Positions 49,801 through 61,062 of a stretch of 64,000 nucleotides of DNA are shown here, piece by piece. Within the stretch, counting starts at the first letter, position 1; every line of letters starts with the position of its first letter. Below the pieces are notes generated by a model, which saw nothing but the letters and a program-made list of their open reading frames with translations, did no database searches and was not told the origin of the DNA. The DNA comes from Phoronis australis (lineage: Eukaryota; Animalia; Phoronida). The translations under genes and the position numbers were made by a program. The stretch is taken from positions 2,851-66,850 of the forward strand of contig NMRA01000585.1 of assembly GCA_002633005.1 (NCBI GenBank). Reading direction: 5' to 3'.

Positions 49801-50762
49801 ACAGTTTCATTGTTAATTTATCACTTCCTGTTCCTATTTTTGCAACAAATGTTTGTTGACATGACAAATCATCTGAAAATTGCAAGCCCACTTGCCTAGT
49901 GTGTTTTCATTCAAAAGACTACATATACAGTATTTTTCAAACGAAATTTAGTTTTATTTCAGAGAATTATTATTAACCTTTTAATTCCATATTTTAATTT
50001 TGAATTCCCTTACGTCAGTTTGTCAGATTTCCACTATTTTCATTGTCATAAAACCCCAGTGGGAGAATAGTATTATTATACAGAAGAAGTATATTCTACT
50101 ATATAAGGTTAGCATGTCAAAAATAAGCTTTCGGTGAATCTAATAATTTTCTGGGATCAACGTCCAGCCAAATTTCTCACTTTGCCAATGATACTTATGT
50201 GGCCCACCGTGCCCAGTGGCTTAGCAGGAAATGGGTGAGTAGCGGTAGCAACTTTGACAAAGCTGCGGCTACGGGGCGTCAGGCAAGTTAGCGTGCGGAT
50301 GGGTATTATGTGAGGGAGGGAAGCAACAACGTTGTCTTCTAACCTTCTAACCCGGCCACTGAATTCAAAGTAAATCCCCGAGTGAATGTCTGTCGTAGTC
50401 CTAGCGGAGATAGGGTCGAAACCCTGCCCAGCAAAGGACGATGGCAATGAGATTGTCCGTGCCGTCAGGCAGACTGCAAAAGTGACTACGATTAGCTTTC
50501 TTACCGAGAGCAGAAACAAACACGGCATAGTCTACAAACCTGTAATAACTTGCACCTACTCCTTTTATTGTGAAAAAGATAAGTAGAGTACATTTTTGTG
50601 ATAGGTTTCATGCATGACATCTTCGGCAATTACGATGCTGCTTTCTGGATGGCTGGCGGGCATTTCATCTTGGGGGCAACAGTAATGTTTCTGATACCAC
50701 CCAAAGAAGATGTAGTCATCGAGGTGCAAAAGGATTCTGTAAGGAATAAATGTCGATGGTGA
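40611..50762 (+). CDS. SLC16 MCT10/MCT8-like transporter, copy 3 (exons 40611-40845, 43038-43636, 44548-44914, 50605-50762; ~452 aa, C-tail uncertain)
   Basis: DGGWGWIV..FWCNG, DRFGIRP, GLGRLSSG, GIFEG, GPPIAG, HDIFGNYDAAFW; in-frame GT-AG joins; highly similar to copy 2. Confidence 0.87.
42211..42537. mobile_element. hAT-like MITE with 5-bp TSD
   Basis: CTAAG|CAGTGGCGGATCTAGG ... CCTAAATCCGCCTATG|CTGAG. Confidence 0.7.
43038..43636 (+). CDS. Copy 3 coding exon 2
   Basis: tttccag|CATGG ... CACCTG|GTGAGT. Confidence 0.92.
44548..44914 (+). CDS. Copy 3 coding exon 3 (367 nt)
   Basis: tttatag|GTAAAG ... GCAG|GTAACT. Confidence 0.92.
45073..45570. repeat. Polinton left TIR
   Basis: Reverse complement of 48283-48792 with few substitutions and small indels. 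Confidence 0.92.
45660..47900 (-). pseudogene. polB: Protein-primed family B DNA polymerase (pPolB), 5'-truncated and frameshifted
   Basis: FFPYEY..LPPQTAFYSNL, WYNNKD (ExoIII), GGPSIVF, FDVNALY (motif A), KLIGNSAYGK (motif B), YCEMDTDS (motif C), FTYFYPKRQVFDDGVTTGPLNI*; split over at least five frames with stops and deletions. Confidence 0.93.
47968..48100 (+). repeat. Repeat family C, copy 2 (inside the Polinton)
   Basis: Homologous to 37862-37990. Confidence 0.7.
48283..48792. repeat. Polinton right TIR
   Basis: Inverted copy of 45073-45570. Confidence 0.92.
50605..50762 (+). CDS. Copy 3 coding exon 4
   Basis: gatag|GT TTC ATG CAT; FMHDIFGNYDAAFWMAG; in-frame TGA (50760-50762) overlaps a GTGAGT donor. 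Confidence 0.82.
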
Positions 50763-51039
50763 GTACTAGTACGATAAGGCCAAAAAAGCATGTTTGGTTG
50801 TGGTCTCATCGCATGTTTGAAGAGATGCAAGGGTAGGGAAGGTGCGAAAGGCCAAAATTTGCCAGGCGGTGGTAAAAAAATCATCAATTTTGTCCGTCTC
50901 AGGTAGACTTTTTTTGGAAACGCGAGCAACTACTAAAAGTCCTGACTATGATTTTTGACCTAAGCCTGAAGGCGATGGTCTCAGTGCCCAATTGTCCATT
51001 AAAAGGACACCAAAAACTGTCGACTGCTTCAGAGGCGTC

Positions 51040-51310
51040 AATCTTGAGAGACAAAGGCAGGAATCAATACTCCTTGTCTCCCAAATTGGATATTACGATC
51101 CTTGGTGAGAGAGGCCTTTTCACACAATTGCCGTGTAATTTGATAAAAGCGTATGTCACGGTTTCCCACTTAGCAGACTATGAAAGGAGTTTACAAATTT
51201 TCTTCCTAACTTGTCAAGGGTAACAGAGCACTATTTTGTTTCAGAGAACTGGAAGGGAATGTAGTTTTTGGTATCTGTCGAATCGGCCAAAACCGCATTT
51301 GGTATCCTTG
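51040..51310 (+). repeat. Old dispersed repeat family D, copy 1
   Basis: aatcttga.agacaa.ggcaggaatcaa...ttgccgtgtaa...tgaaaggagttt; homologous to 54749-55008. Confidence 0.7.
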
Positions 51311-51593
51311 TAAGCTAACTATGGTGCTACTCAGTGTTCCAAACAGACAATCCTCGGTCCCAAAACTTCTTATGGACTAAGACGTGCCAGATAACAAAGT
51401 GCGTGATGAATCACTGCCAATGCCGAAAGGCGTTGCTATAAAAGCTTCGATCCACCATTTTCTTCGTATCCGTGGAGTTGAAAAAGTTTGTTATGATTTT
51501 AGTTTGGCACACACTAATTAAGTTCTGTCAGACCTGTTAGACAACAGATCAAAATTTATTGTGCACGTTTAGACTATTTTCTTTCGTGAATGA

Positions 51594-52545
51594 GTGTTTT
51601 ACAAGCAGGCAGCTTTAGCCAAAACAGGAGCATATGAAGGATCCAGTACAATCAAGGTTCTAAGTAGTCTTAACTGGAGCAAACTAGCAACCCGTCATAA
51701 ACTCCACCAGTCCATGTATACATTCTTAAACAACATAAATATTTATTCAAACAAAATTCTTTTTAACTCCTTCAAAAGATGCGGCAAAGTAGCCAAATAT
51801 ATACACTATACCATCTTCCCTCAGCCAAGCCAAAAGGAGATAACTGGAATTCCTTACCATCCAAAATAAAAGAAAGCACGTCTATCTTCACTCTCAAAAA
51901 TAACTTTAAAGTGCATACAACTACTCAAGACTTGTCAGTCCCATGATTCCAACTTCCTCGCAACCATGAAATTCTCCTACACAGATCAAGATGCGGACTA
52001 TTCATAAACAACTACAAATTTAGACAAAATTTTAGCAATATTTCACCTCAGCCTGCGTACTAGACACTCAGACATACGCTCATGTTTTCTTGGTGCTTGT
52101 ACGGTTCGAGGGGAGCAGAGGGTACAGCTTTTCCAGACACTCGAACAATACCCCAATGTTTACAAATAATATTCAGATATTCCTCAAATGTATAACAAAA
52201 TTATTTTTTTCTAAATGGATGTAAAGAACTAGACCCAAGTGAAAATAAGGTTTTATTCGAAATAGAATCAAATTTCTTTTCAATATTAAATCTCTTTGTT
52301 TGAGTCAATAAAATTGTATACATGTAAAATAGGTTATTGTGTATGGAAATTATTTATTTGCATCGTAATCATATGTCATTGTAATCTTAGCATCATTTTA
52401 ATTCATGTATTTGTGTATAATAATTGCATATAGATTTCTTTCTATTTAATTAACCCAGATAAAATGCCTCTTGGCGCTTTCTGGGTAAGTATATTTATTG
52501 TACTGAATATTTCATTATAAACTTTAAAAAAAAACAACAAAAAAC
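51594..52545 (+). mobile_element. 3' remnant of a CR1/L2-type LINE
   Basis: QAALAKTGAYEGSSTIKVLSSLNWSKLATRHKLH resembles the post-RT AAR..TGA..S..L..L.W..L..RR..H motif; later a stem-loop acccaga...tctgggt and an A-rich tail. Confidence 0.55.
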
Positions 52546-53145
52546 AGCGTGGTCATGAATCTGTTTGCCGCATAAAATTAATTTACGCATTGTTTTCTGC
52601 GGTCGTAAGATCCTGCGACTGTTTCTGATTTGCAAAATTTTTGAGAAACGCGGAGTTAGTCCAGGAGAGTTAGGCTAGTTATGCTCAGCTCTCGACTTAC
52701 TTATTGACTTATTGTGAGAAAACATATTATTCGATATGGATTCGACATTCTTATACTGCTTAAGGCCAGTGATTTCTTTCGCAAATCTGCATTTGAACTG
52801 ATTGCTGAATTCATTATCAAGTATCTTGGCTATCAGAATCACGTTTTGCAGTTATCAGATTTATTATCGTATCTTACATTGTGATTAGACAATTAAAAAT
52901 TCAGAATCATGTGTTTTGATATCAAATATATCGATCTGCAATTATTTTACCCTAAAATGCAAACATTACTATTGATAGTTTTTAAAAGCAATAAAACCAA
53001 CTTCGACATAAAAATTTCCTCTTTCAGATTTGATTTTGTTCGATACTTCTCTCTCGAGTCTCAGACTGAAAAGCGAAGTTTCGACATTACAAAACCTAGT
53101 GTGAAATCATACTTTGGTTTCCTCAAAGCTACCACGATACAACAT

Positions 53146-54512
53146 ATGAACCTCCGTCGTGTTGATGTTTACGGCTGACGTCCGGGTGATGCAGAAGCGA
53201 AGTGGTGCAGTTTCACAGTCATGAAACGAGAAAAAAGGTCCAAGAGCTGCAGTGACGCTAGGACAACGAAACACTCCAAAGAGAGACGCGTTTTGTTAAG
53301 AGATGACGTCTGCACATTAGAAGAACCACTATGGGACCCCAAATGTGTTCCTAGAAAAACAGAGACTTGTGGAAGTTTAGCAAGAGAAGGAAGTAGTTTG
53401 TTTCTCCGTACGTGGAAGTGAGCAAAATCTTTTTTCTCTGAAAAGAGGGTTTCTAAGGATGAAGATTCCAAACATGTTGCAAGTGGAAGTTTAGATCACA
53501 GAACAAAAAATCTTTCAAATGAAAAATGCAAAGTTGTAGGCCTAGAAGACGACGATTAGGACAATCAGAGTGGATTGAAAGTAATTACAATATACCAAAC
53601 AGAACGACGTTCATCAAATATCCAATATCGTCTGATGTAAATACGCAACGCAGTGCTCCGAGATTAGTGAAAGACGTAAAGACATGCCGTGCTCTCGAAG
53701 AGGACATAATTTCGCTCTTAAATAAACAATCGTCGGTCGAACTTCGTCCCTACATAGCTTGCAAATGGATCGAATATAATTACGTTTTGCAACAGAATCG
53801 ACCGATGTCTCTAGGAAGCGGCAATATTATGGCAATGAGTGCCTTGTACAAAGTGAAGGAGAGTTGTTTGCACTGAAAGTGTTCAGAACAGGGAGAGGAT
53901 CCATCGTGGTCAAAATTGAGCAAGGGGCATCGAACATGTTGTTTGCGAACATGTACGGCATCGGCGCAACCTTTTACGGCCTAATGCCGATTAACGGCAG
54001 TAGTTCATACTTATCATGGGGAATTCTGATGGGTTTTCTCGGAAACTCAAACGAGTCAGCAGTGGAGCTTACGAAAATTCTAACGACCAAAGCACTCACA
54101 AGAGAAGTATTTGAGAGGAAACCAGTGTGTAAAAGTTATCCTAGATATATGTGGGCAGTTGTGTTTATTAAATTTTCGAGGACTTGCGTTTCGGGACGTA
54201 ACTTTGTCTAATATTGTCGTCACCGAACACGAAAACGAAAGTAACGGTCATCTGGTGGACTTCGGCTAGGCTTGCGCAATTCCTGATGGAGACGGTGACC
54301 TGGACGACTTAAATGGGATCAAAACGTGTATGAAGCAGATAGATAGAAAGCTTAAACAAAGAGTTTTTCAAGATGCTGTACGATTGATAGACGACGGCGG
54401 TGGATACCTCCAAGCCATCTACAACTTACGCGGAGTCGTGAACAACGGTTGTTCATCTTACATTACCTTAGGTTGTGTCCTCCGATTCATCGAAACACTG
54501 TTTATTACTTGA
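53146..54512 (+). pseudogene. Decayed intronless protein kinase
   Basis: After frameshift repair: LGSGN/YGNECLVQSEGELFALKVF (subdomains I-II), GILMGFL (hinge), ILDICGQLCLLNFRGLAFRDVTLSNIVV (VIa-VIb), HLVDFG* (VII); several stops; start position approximate. Confidence 0.75.
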
Positions 54513-54748
54513 TAATTTATAAAATATTAGGCAATATAAACGTTCACATGCTAACACGTCACCATTCCTTTTCATAACCATTCATAAAAGATTTTAAAAA
54601 TATGACAGCCTAATTCGTGTTGGAATAATTTGAAATGGCTCCTCTTAAAAGAGTTGGTAACTTTTTAGATTTTAAAAGAACACTAAATCCTGTTTTGGCG
54701 ATTTCAACCAATCCTCGTTCCGTCACCTGCTAATGCATCATTGACGTA

Positions 54749-55008
54749 AATCTTGAAAGACAATGGCAGGAATCAACTAAAACTCATACTCCCTATTTCG
54801 CAAATTAAATACCCTTGGTGGGTGGTCTTTTCCCAACTGTTGCCGTGTAAATCGCTAAAAGCGGAGGTCACGCTTGCACATTTAGCACACTTTGAAAGGA
54901 GTTTTCAAATATTCCTCCGAAGTTTTAGAGTTGTCAAAGGTTACAAAGCATTGAGAAAGACGTTTTTAGTGTCTGTTCAACAGGTCAAAATCGGGTTCGG
55001 AATCCTTT
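54749..55008 (+). repeat. Old dispersed repeat family D, copy 2
   Basis: Homologous to 51040-51310. Confidence 0.7.
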
Positions 55009-55608
55009 TTAAAAATCTAGTTAATAATTTGTTATTTAATTCCCCGAATATTGTCGCAGTTTTTTGTTATAACTGCATCAACATTTTGTCTGTGAACACG
55101 TGTCTACACAGGCGTACATAGAAAAATGAAATTAGATCTTCGCTTTCATCGATCCTCGCACTAACATAACAAACATACGGAAAACAAGCATTCGACTCAA
55201 CTGTTAATAGGTTTCAGTCCCTGAGTTTCCGGCCTCAAATTATGATAAGTATGGCTAGGAAGAAATGTAGGGGAGCACCAACAATGTTGTAAACTACTGC
55301 TGATAGCCCCCTGGTGGGGGCGGGGGTGGGGTGGGGGGGGGGGTGGGGTGGGGGGTGTAGGAGGNNNNNNNNNNNNNNNNNNNNNNNNNNNNNNNNNNNN
55401 NNNNNNGTAGGAGGTAACAACCACACTGACGAAATGAAATGTTTGCCTGATCGCTAAAAACGGTGAGCCAGTGTCGTTTTTTTATCGCAGGGGTAGACCC
55501 AAAGTAAGATTTTGAGTAATAGGAGGCCAGGGTAGAGTAATAGCCAGGATTTTACTCGTCAGACATTCGCACCCCCGAACTGTCCCTAAATACGCCATTG
55601 AATCGTAC

Positions 55609-55765
55609 CAGGGGCGGATCCAAGATTTTGAGTTGGGGGGACCAAGGCAGAGTATTAACCAGGATTTTGCTCGTCAGACATTTGCACTCCCGAAGTGCCA
55701 AATGGAATCTGGGAGAATTTTAGGGGGAACATGGCCCCCTTGGCCCCCCTCTAAATCCGCCACTG
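55609..55765. mobile_element. hAT-like MITE with 5-bp TSD, preceded by a degenerate sister copy (~55488-55600)
   Basis: CGTAC|CAGGGGCGGATCCAAG ... CTAAATCCGCCACTG|CGTAT. Confidence 0.7.
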
Positions 55766-58700
55766 CGTATCCCCGAAAGAGAAGCCACGGGCCTCCTGAC
55801 CCCGCCCTCTAATGATCTGTGATAGTAGGCTAATGGGTTCACACGGAACGTAATAAAAGGCTTGCATCTTATGTTCACGCCGAAACAGCTCATAATACAC
55901 AATATGTAGATTGAAAGCACATGACACCGGCACCACTCCATGGTTGCCAATGTGTGTGTGCGACAAATATTTCCTTGTTGCCGACGATGAAATAAAACAA
56001 ATTTTATTCCAAACCGATAATCAACTAAGACATCATCAGGTTAATGAAAAAAGAATTTCTAGTTCTATCACTATTCGGGTGGGCCATCCCTCCAAATTTA
56101 GGTTGATTCAACTGAATTCACTTGAGGCCACTTTCAGTTACTGTTCGGATGGTACCAGCTTGCACTGCTATCTGAGACTTTAAACGTGGCAATGAACTCG
56201 CCTAAGTCGATTGCAAAATACAACCTTGATTTCAGACCACTTTCCACAATGAAATTGGTCTCAAATTGTTGTAATTCCAGGAGTTTAAAAGAACGGCAGT
56301 TCGTTACTTGAGACCAGGCTCTACATCTTGAGTTGGCCTGACTTGCTCTCGAGAAATAAACGAAGTCTGGATAGCTTTTTTCAAACCCAAAAATCTCTTC
56401 TCAACTGAAATTAACGAACAAGTTGAGAGCGCGCTTGGACGGAACACGCGGGTAACTTGAAGACAATGAATTGCTGGGGCAAGACAAAAATACCGGTAGT
56501 ATGTTTACAAGACTCCTGTGAAGAAAACATTTTTACATCAGTGCATCAGATTTTATTTCTAATATTTATTACAAAAAATACAATGTACAATAATAAGAGG
56601 ATTAAACCCAAAAATCGCTATAAAGCATTATATCAGTGCATCAGCTAAAACCACCAATTAGAAAAAATGTGAAATTTTCAGAGGGCACATACTGTGACCT
56701 GCTGGAAGGCAACGATGTGTGTTGTGTGCGACCACATTTGTCGCAACAGGGGGCATGGTCCCCGGCTTTGGACTCATTAAAAATCCGCCGCAGCATATTT
56801 CCTACTTCCGTTGTTTGACACTCCGCTGCCTGTCAAACGGCAGAGGAAAACCGGACTGCCTACCGAAAAAAGGCCCTTTGCGACAAAATTCCCTTCGGGG
56901 TGCCTTTTCCGATTAATTCTCAAGTGAGTTTTCTATTTGGGAGTTCGAAACTCAAATGTTCCTTTTTTCAACCGTACGCAAATCTCCAGTATTTACGTCG
57001 GTACTGAACCCTCTTTCAGTTCAAGAAGCTAACTTTTGGTTTTTAAGCAGCCACTGAGCTCTCAGTCAAAAGAGCAATTTTAGACCAGTTTCATAATTCT
57101 TGCCAACTGCCCCGCTTTACGGGACCGTCTCGTTTTTGAAGCTAAAGAATTAGTTTGTACCCGTGCGTCGCTGCCCACTATACATAAACGGCCCGTTTCT
57201 TGACTCACGTGGAGAAGTTGACCTATGATCCTGTATTTTCCACGATTTACCTCCGGCTCCGTTCCATTTCACAGGCGCGACATATTACTATACCGCTTTC
57301 GCCTGTTGGCAACTTATACCGAGTGGTTCAAAAAACTTGAAAATTATCTTTGTGATGAACTAGGCGAGCTGAGCTCATTTATGTATATTTTGCCGTTTCT
57401 GAGACAAGACGACCATCCCACCGACTCTCTGAATCATTTTTCTTTCTAAAGAATACGACAGCAGTTGGACAACCTGCATGTGGGAACAAATCTATCTTCC
57501 GCGAACACACGTGTTAGCATTCGGGCGTCTAGACTCCTCCCCAGTGACGGTGAGGCAGCCGTAACCGCCGGCGACAGGTCAAAGACTCGAGTCATAAAAC
57601 AGGACGCAATAACCGTAGTTATTACGATGAGTCATTCAGTCACACGCTCACTCACGCCCACAGTCATTTCGCCAAGAGGGTGAACTGACGGGGGGACTCG
57701 GATCTGCTTTTCCAACTGCACGCTAATAACCAACGCTGGACAACATTTGTCATGTGAACTAGCTATTCTGACGCTTAGTACTGTTGTTAGTGTTATGTAA
57801 TTACACCTTAATGCGCGTGTTATAAAAATCGATGGAGCTGTTCCTGGTACCCGCCTAGATGCGGTTATACTGGTTTGAACTAGAATTTTCCTGTTTGAAC
57901 TACGCTGAGCTGAAGTCGTCTTTAGAGCGGACGAGTGTATTGTACGTTAGGGGTTGCTTTACGTTATTGTTTCTATTTCGATGTATAAATTAGATGTAAT
58001 GAAAATATTATTTTCAGTTCAACTGTAATACTATTGTAAATGCTATACTGGAAGTTATGTTATAGATTTAATACCCTTTTTATTCACACTTTTGAAATAA
58101 TTGAAGTTCATTGACAGTTCGTTGACCCCTCAGCCGAGTCCACACACGCTGATCAGCCGAGGAAACAAAGTGGTTAGATTTAGCAGTGGAGAAGACTGGT
58201 TCAGAGGTATTGAAAGTTGTTTCTATTTTGGTTAGCTGCATTTTGGTGTGTTTATGTGATTTCGTGTAATTGTACTTCAGCATGGATGTCACTAAACTTG
58301 ATTAATCTGCCCCGAAGTGACTGTCGCTCTGAACAGTGAGCGATAGCAAACGGGTCAAGTACAATCAGCTGTTTTGGAGGTCATTTGGTTCATGTTGTGT
58401 CTGAGCGTAATCTCCTTTGGGCTGCAGCTGAGACAGGACGGGGTTTAAAAAAAGTGGTCCAATTGGTTTAAGGTCTAAATACCCAAAACATCAACTCTAA
58501 CTGCAAACATTGAGGTTCAGGGTTTATGTTCTTGACAAATGTGTAAACTGCATTTATATAGTATTATTTTGGGGATAAATCTATTTCTAGATCCACTGGT
58601 CAGTCACTGGAAAAGTTCACTGAATAACGGACATTGCCGTAATTCAGTGAAAACTGGTTCCCGTCAGCCATTTTCAAGAAAGACTCGTTCACTCCACTTT

Positions 58701-59021
58701 CACCAAAAAAGACTCACTCACATGGGGTTCTAGTGTGTTTGGACCATGACCATGACTTTCTGATGCAAGCGTCCTTCGCTTTATGACACCAAGAAACCCT
58801 AGCCTGTTATTGACATTTATTTTTGGCAAGAACTGTGGAAGGAGAACGCTTTCTTTGGTGGACAATTGAGACTGGTCATTGCTTTCAAAATCTCAGTCAG
58901 TCCTGGCTGTCACTTTCCATGTACTTTTGATATGATCTGATATCTGTGGTGGAAATAGTCACTTTCCGATGTAGTGGTGGACAGCACCGCAGTCTTAACT
59001 GTCCATTTAAGATGGTAGTCA

Positions 59022-59135
59022 TTCCATGGGCCATCTATGTGCTGGAAGCTTTTCGGTGAATTACTTCACACTGATTAAACCATCAAAGTCCTGTTGCTAT
59101 AAGTACTGGGCATAGAGGGACACCTTCGGAGGCCG
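59022..59135 (-). repeat. Repeat family C, copy 3
   Basis: Reverse complement cctccgaaggtgtccctctatgccc...gactttgatggttt...caccgaaaagcttcc. Confidence 0.7.
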
Positions 59136-59604
59136 TTGTTTACCTCTTCCCAGCTTGAACTAGTTGTGCCACAATCAAACTTTTTTCTATCAGTCCTTCT
59201 TTCAGTCGCCCTGGCAAATCGGCAACTGTTGGCCATTTTTACGTTGCTTGCATCAGTGGATATGACGTCACGATTCTAATGTTTGTGGCTTGGCTAAAAT
59301 CCCAGCTCACAATTCCAAAATTCAGCTTGCACATGCTTATTCCATCAGGTCACACAACCTTGACTTCGCACATTCTCACCCTGCTCAAAACGCCTGTTGA
59401 GAACGCTGCTGGTTGTACCGGCAGTTACACCACAGCTGTGGTCAGTAAACTGGAGATGATCGCATTGCCTATGTTGATGATGACTACTGTATATGTGCCC
59501 TCAAAAGCCTTGTGTAAACTGGTGACAATGGATCAGTTCTCTTGCACCACTGACTAGTGTACCTGTGACATAAGTAAGTGTGATCTTCCAAGGTATGGAA
59601 ATAC

Positions 59605-59850
59605 CATGCGTGCACCTGGCCTTTATTATGGGGGGATCGAATCTCTGATAAAGTGGACCTTTGTTAACAAAAAAGTGGGAGGACTGAAAACAAAAACGGG
59701 GTACCACCTTCAGGTCTGTGAACTGTGCGTCTGCGCATTTTTAGTGGATTTTTTTCTCGTTTCTCAGACTTTTTGTTTCTCTGAGGCAGACCTTTTTACC
59801 CACTTCTCCAAATGGGGGGCTCATTTGAGCCCCCTGAGCCCCCCTGGGTG
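59605..59850 (+). repeat. Dispersed repeat family B, copy 3
   Basis: See 21655-21890 and 31050-31235. Confidence 0.7.
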
Positions 59851-60469
59851 ATACTTGTATATTTATTGGGCAAATACTTTCTGTGTTGTGTTTAAAGATG
59901 TATTTCCATGCTCCTAACTTATGCTAATGTATAGTAAGAACTAAACAACAATGCTATTTGAATATCATCTACGCTTGTTGTATTCATTAACACCTTGTAA
60001 ATGTGAAAACAAAAAATTCTGCTAATCTATGACCTTTGCACTAATGACGTACCTCGTGTGCTCACATAGTCCGCATCATGCAGTGATACTTACTGGACAC
60101 AGTCGATCATTGTCAAAACAAAATTCATTCTTAAAAACAGTTGTCAATTTTCAACCAACTTCATATCCACATCATCGTGCCTGTATGTTGCTTCTAACTA
60201 ATTTGACTAAGCAATTACAGAGATAAGGAATTAGGTGCAAGTTCCACTTTAATATTTTAATAAAGAAAATTGAATTAGTTGATAAAGTAACATTACTTGA
60301 GAATATCCATCAGTCAAAGATAAGCAACTGAGGCAACCAAGGTTTGTCAGAGGGCAGTATTTTGGTAGACATTGACTTTGTTCTTTCATGTATTATGATG
60401 TTTTAGGGAGTGTTGGTTGCTACTAAAGGTTAACTTTGGTTTTGGATTGTGGCTCAGAGAGCAGGTTAA

Positions 60470-61062
60470 CTTCACAGTAAATAGGTGGATTTAGCAATGT
60501 ATTTTCGACGCAGTGTGAACGGTTGACTTCCAGTTTGTCTCAGTAATTAGTAGGTGTTGTTGAACAGATATAACGGCAGGTGTTGTATTGATTTCTTTCA
60601 AAGATTAGTTGTTGACGGTGCTTGCCATCAAAACTGGCAAGAAACCCTCTCCCAAGATGAAATTTTAGGACATCAACTTCTCAAGGCAGCCAGCGATTGC
60701 CACGTTGGAACGATGACGATTTACTTAAAGGGAAATTTTGACTCTTGAGCAGGCTTAAACAGCCGATCCAAACAAAGGCGGTGTGGGTTGGCAAGAACTT
60801 GTTTTTTTGTACACTATACGTTCAGTGATTTTTAAATGTAAAGAATCCAGAAAATACATGGATAAATTGAAACAAAATGCTTACCCTGCCAAAATAATGA
60901 TTATAATTAGAACAAAATATGAACAAGTAACCAGTCACTGCCCGCTATTAGCAAACCCTAGGCAGTGACCCTTGGTGATAACTCCAATGTCATCGATGTT
61001 AAGTTTCGCATTGTAGCGAAGCGTCAACACTTCGCTGTTAAATCCACCTCCTTACTTCAGAG
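60470..61062. mobile_element. Degenerate TTAA-flanked MITE; related end at ~61708-61735
   Basis: TTAA|cttcacagtaaataggtggatttagca ... tgttaaatccacctccttacttcagag|TTAA. Confidence 0.45.

Noticed and set aside
50157-50528. 123-aa minus-strand ORF with a weak B-box-like GGTTTCGACCC
   Set aside because: No protein motif, and too little evidence to call a SINE
51040-55008. Direct repeats flanking the LINE tail and kinase as possible LTRs
   Set aside because: Too diverged, no TG..CA ends, PBS or TSD seen; treated as independent old repeats
55310-55415. G-run / poly-proline ORF, possible G-quadruplex
   Set aside because: Abuts an N gap; low-complexity and unreliable sequence
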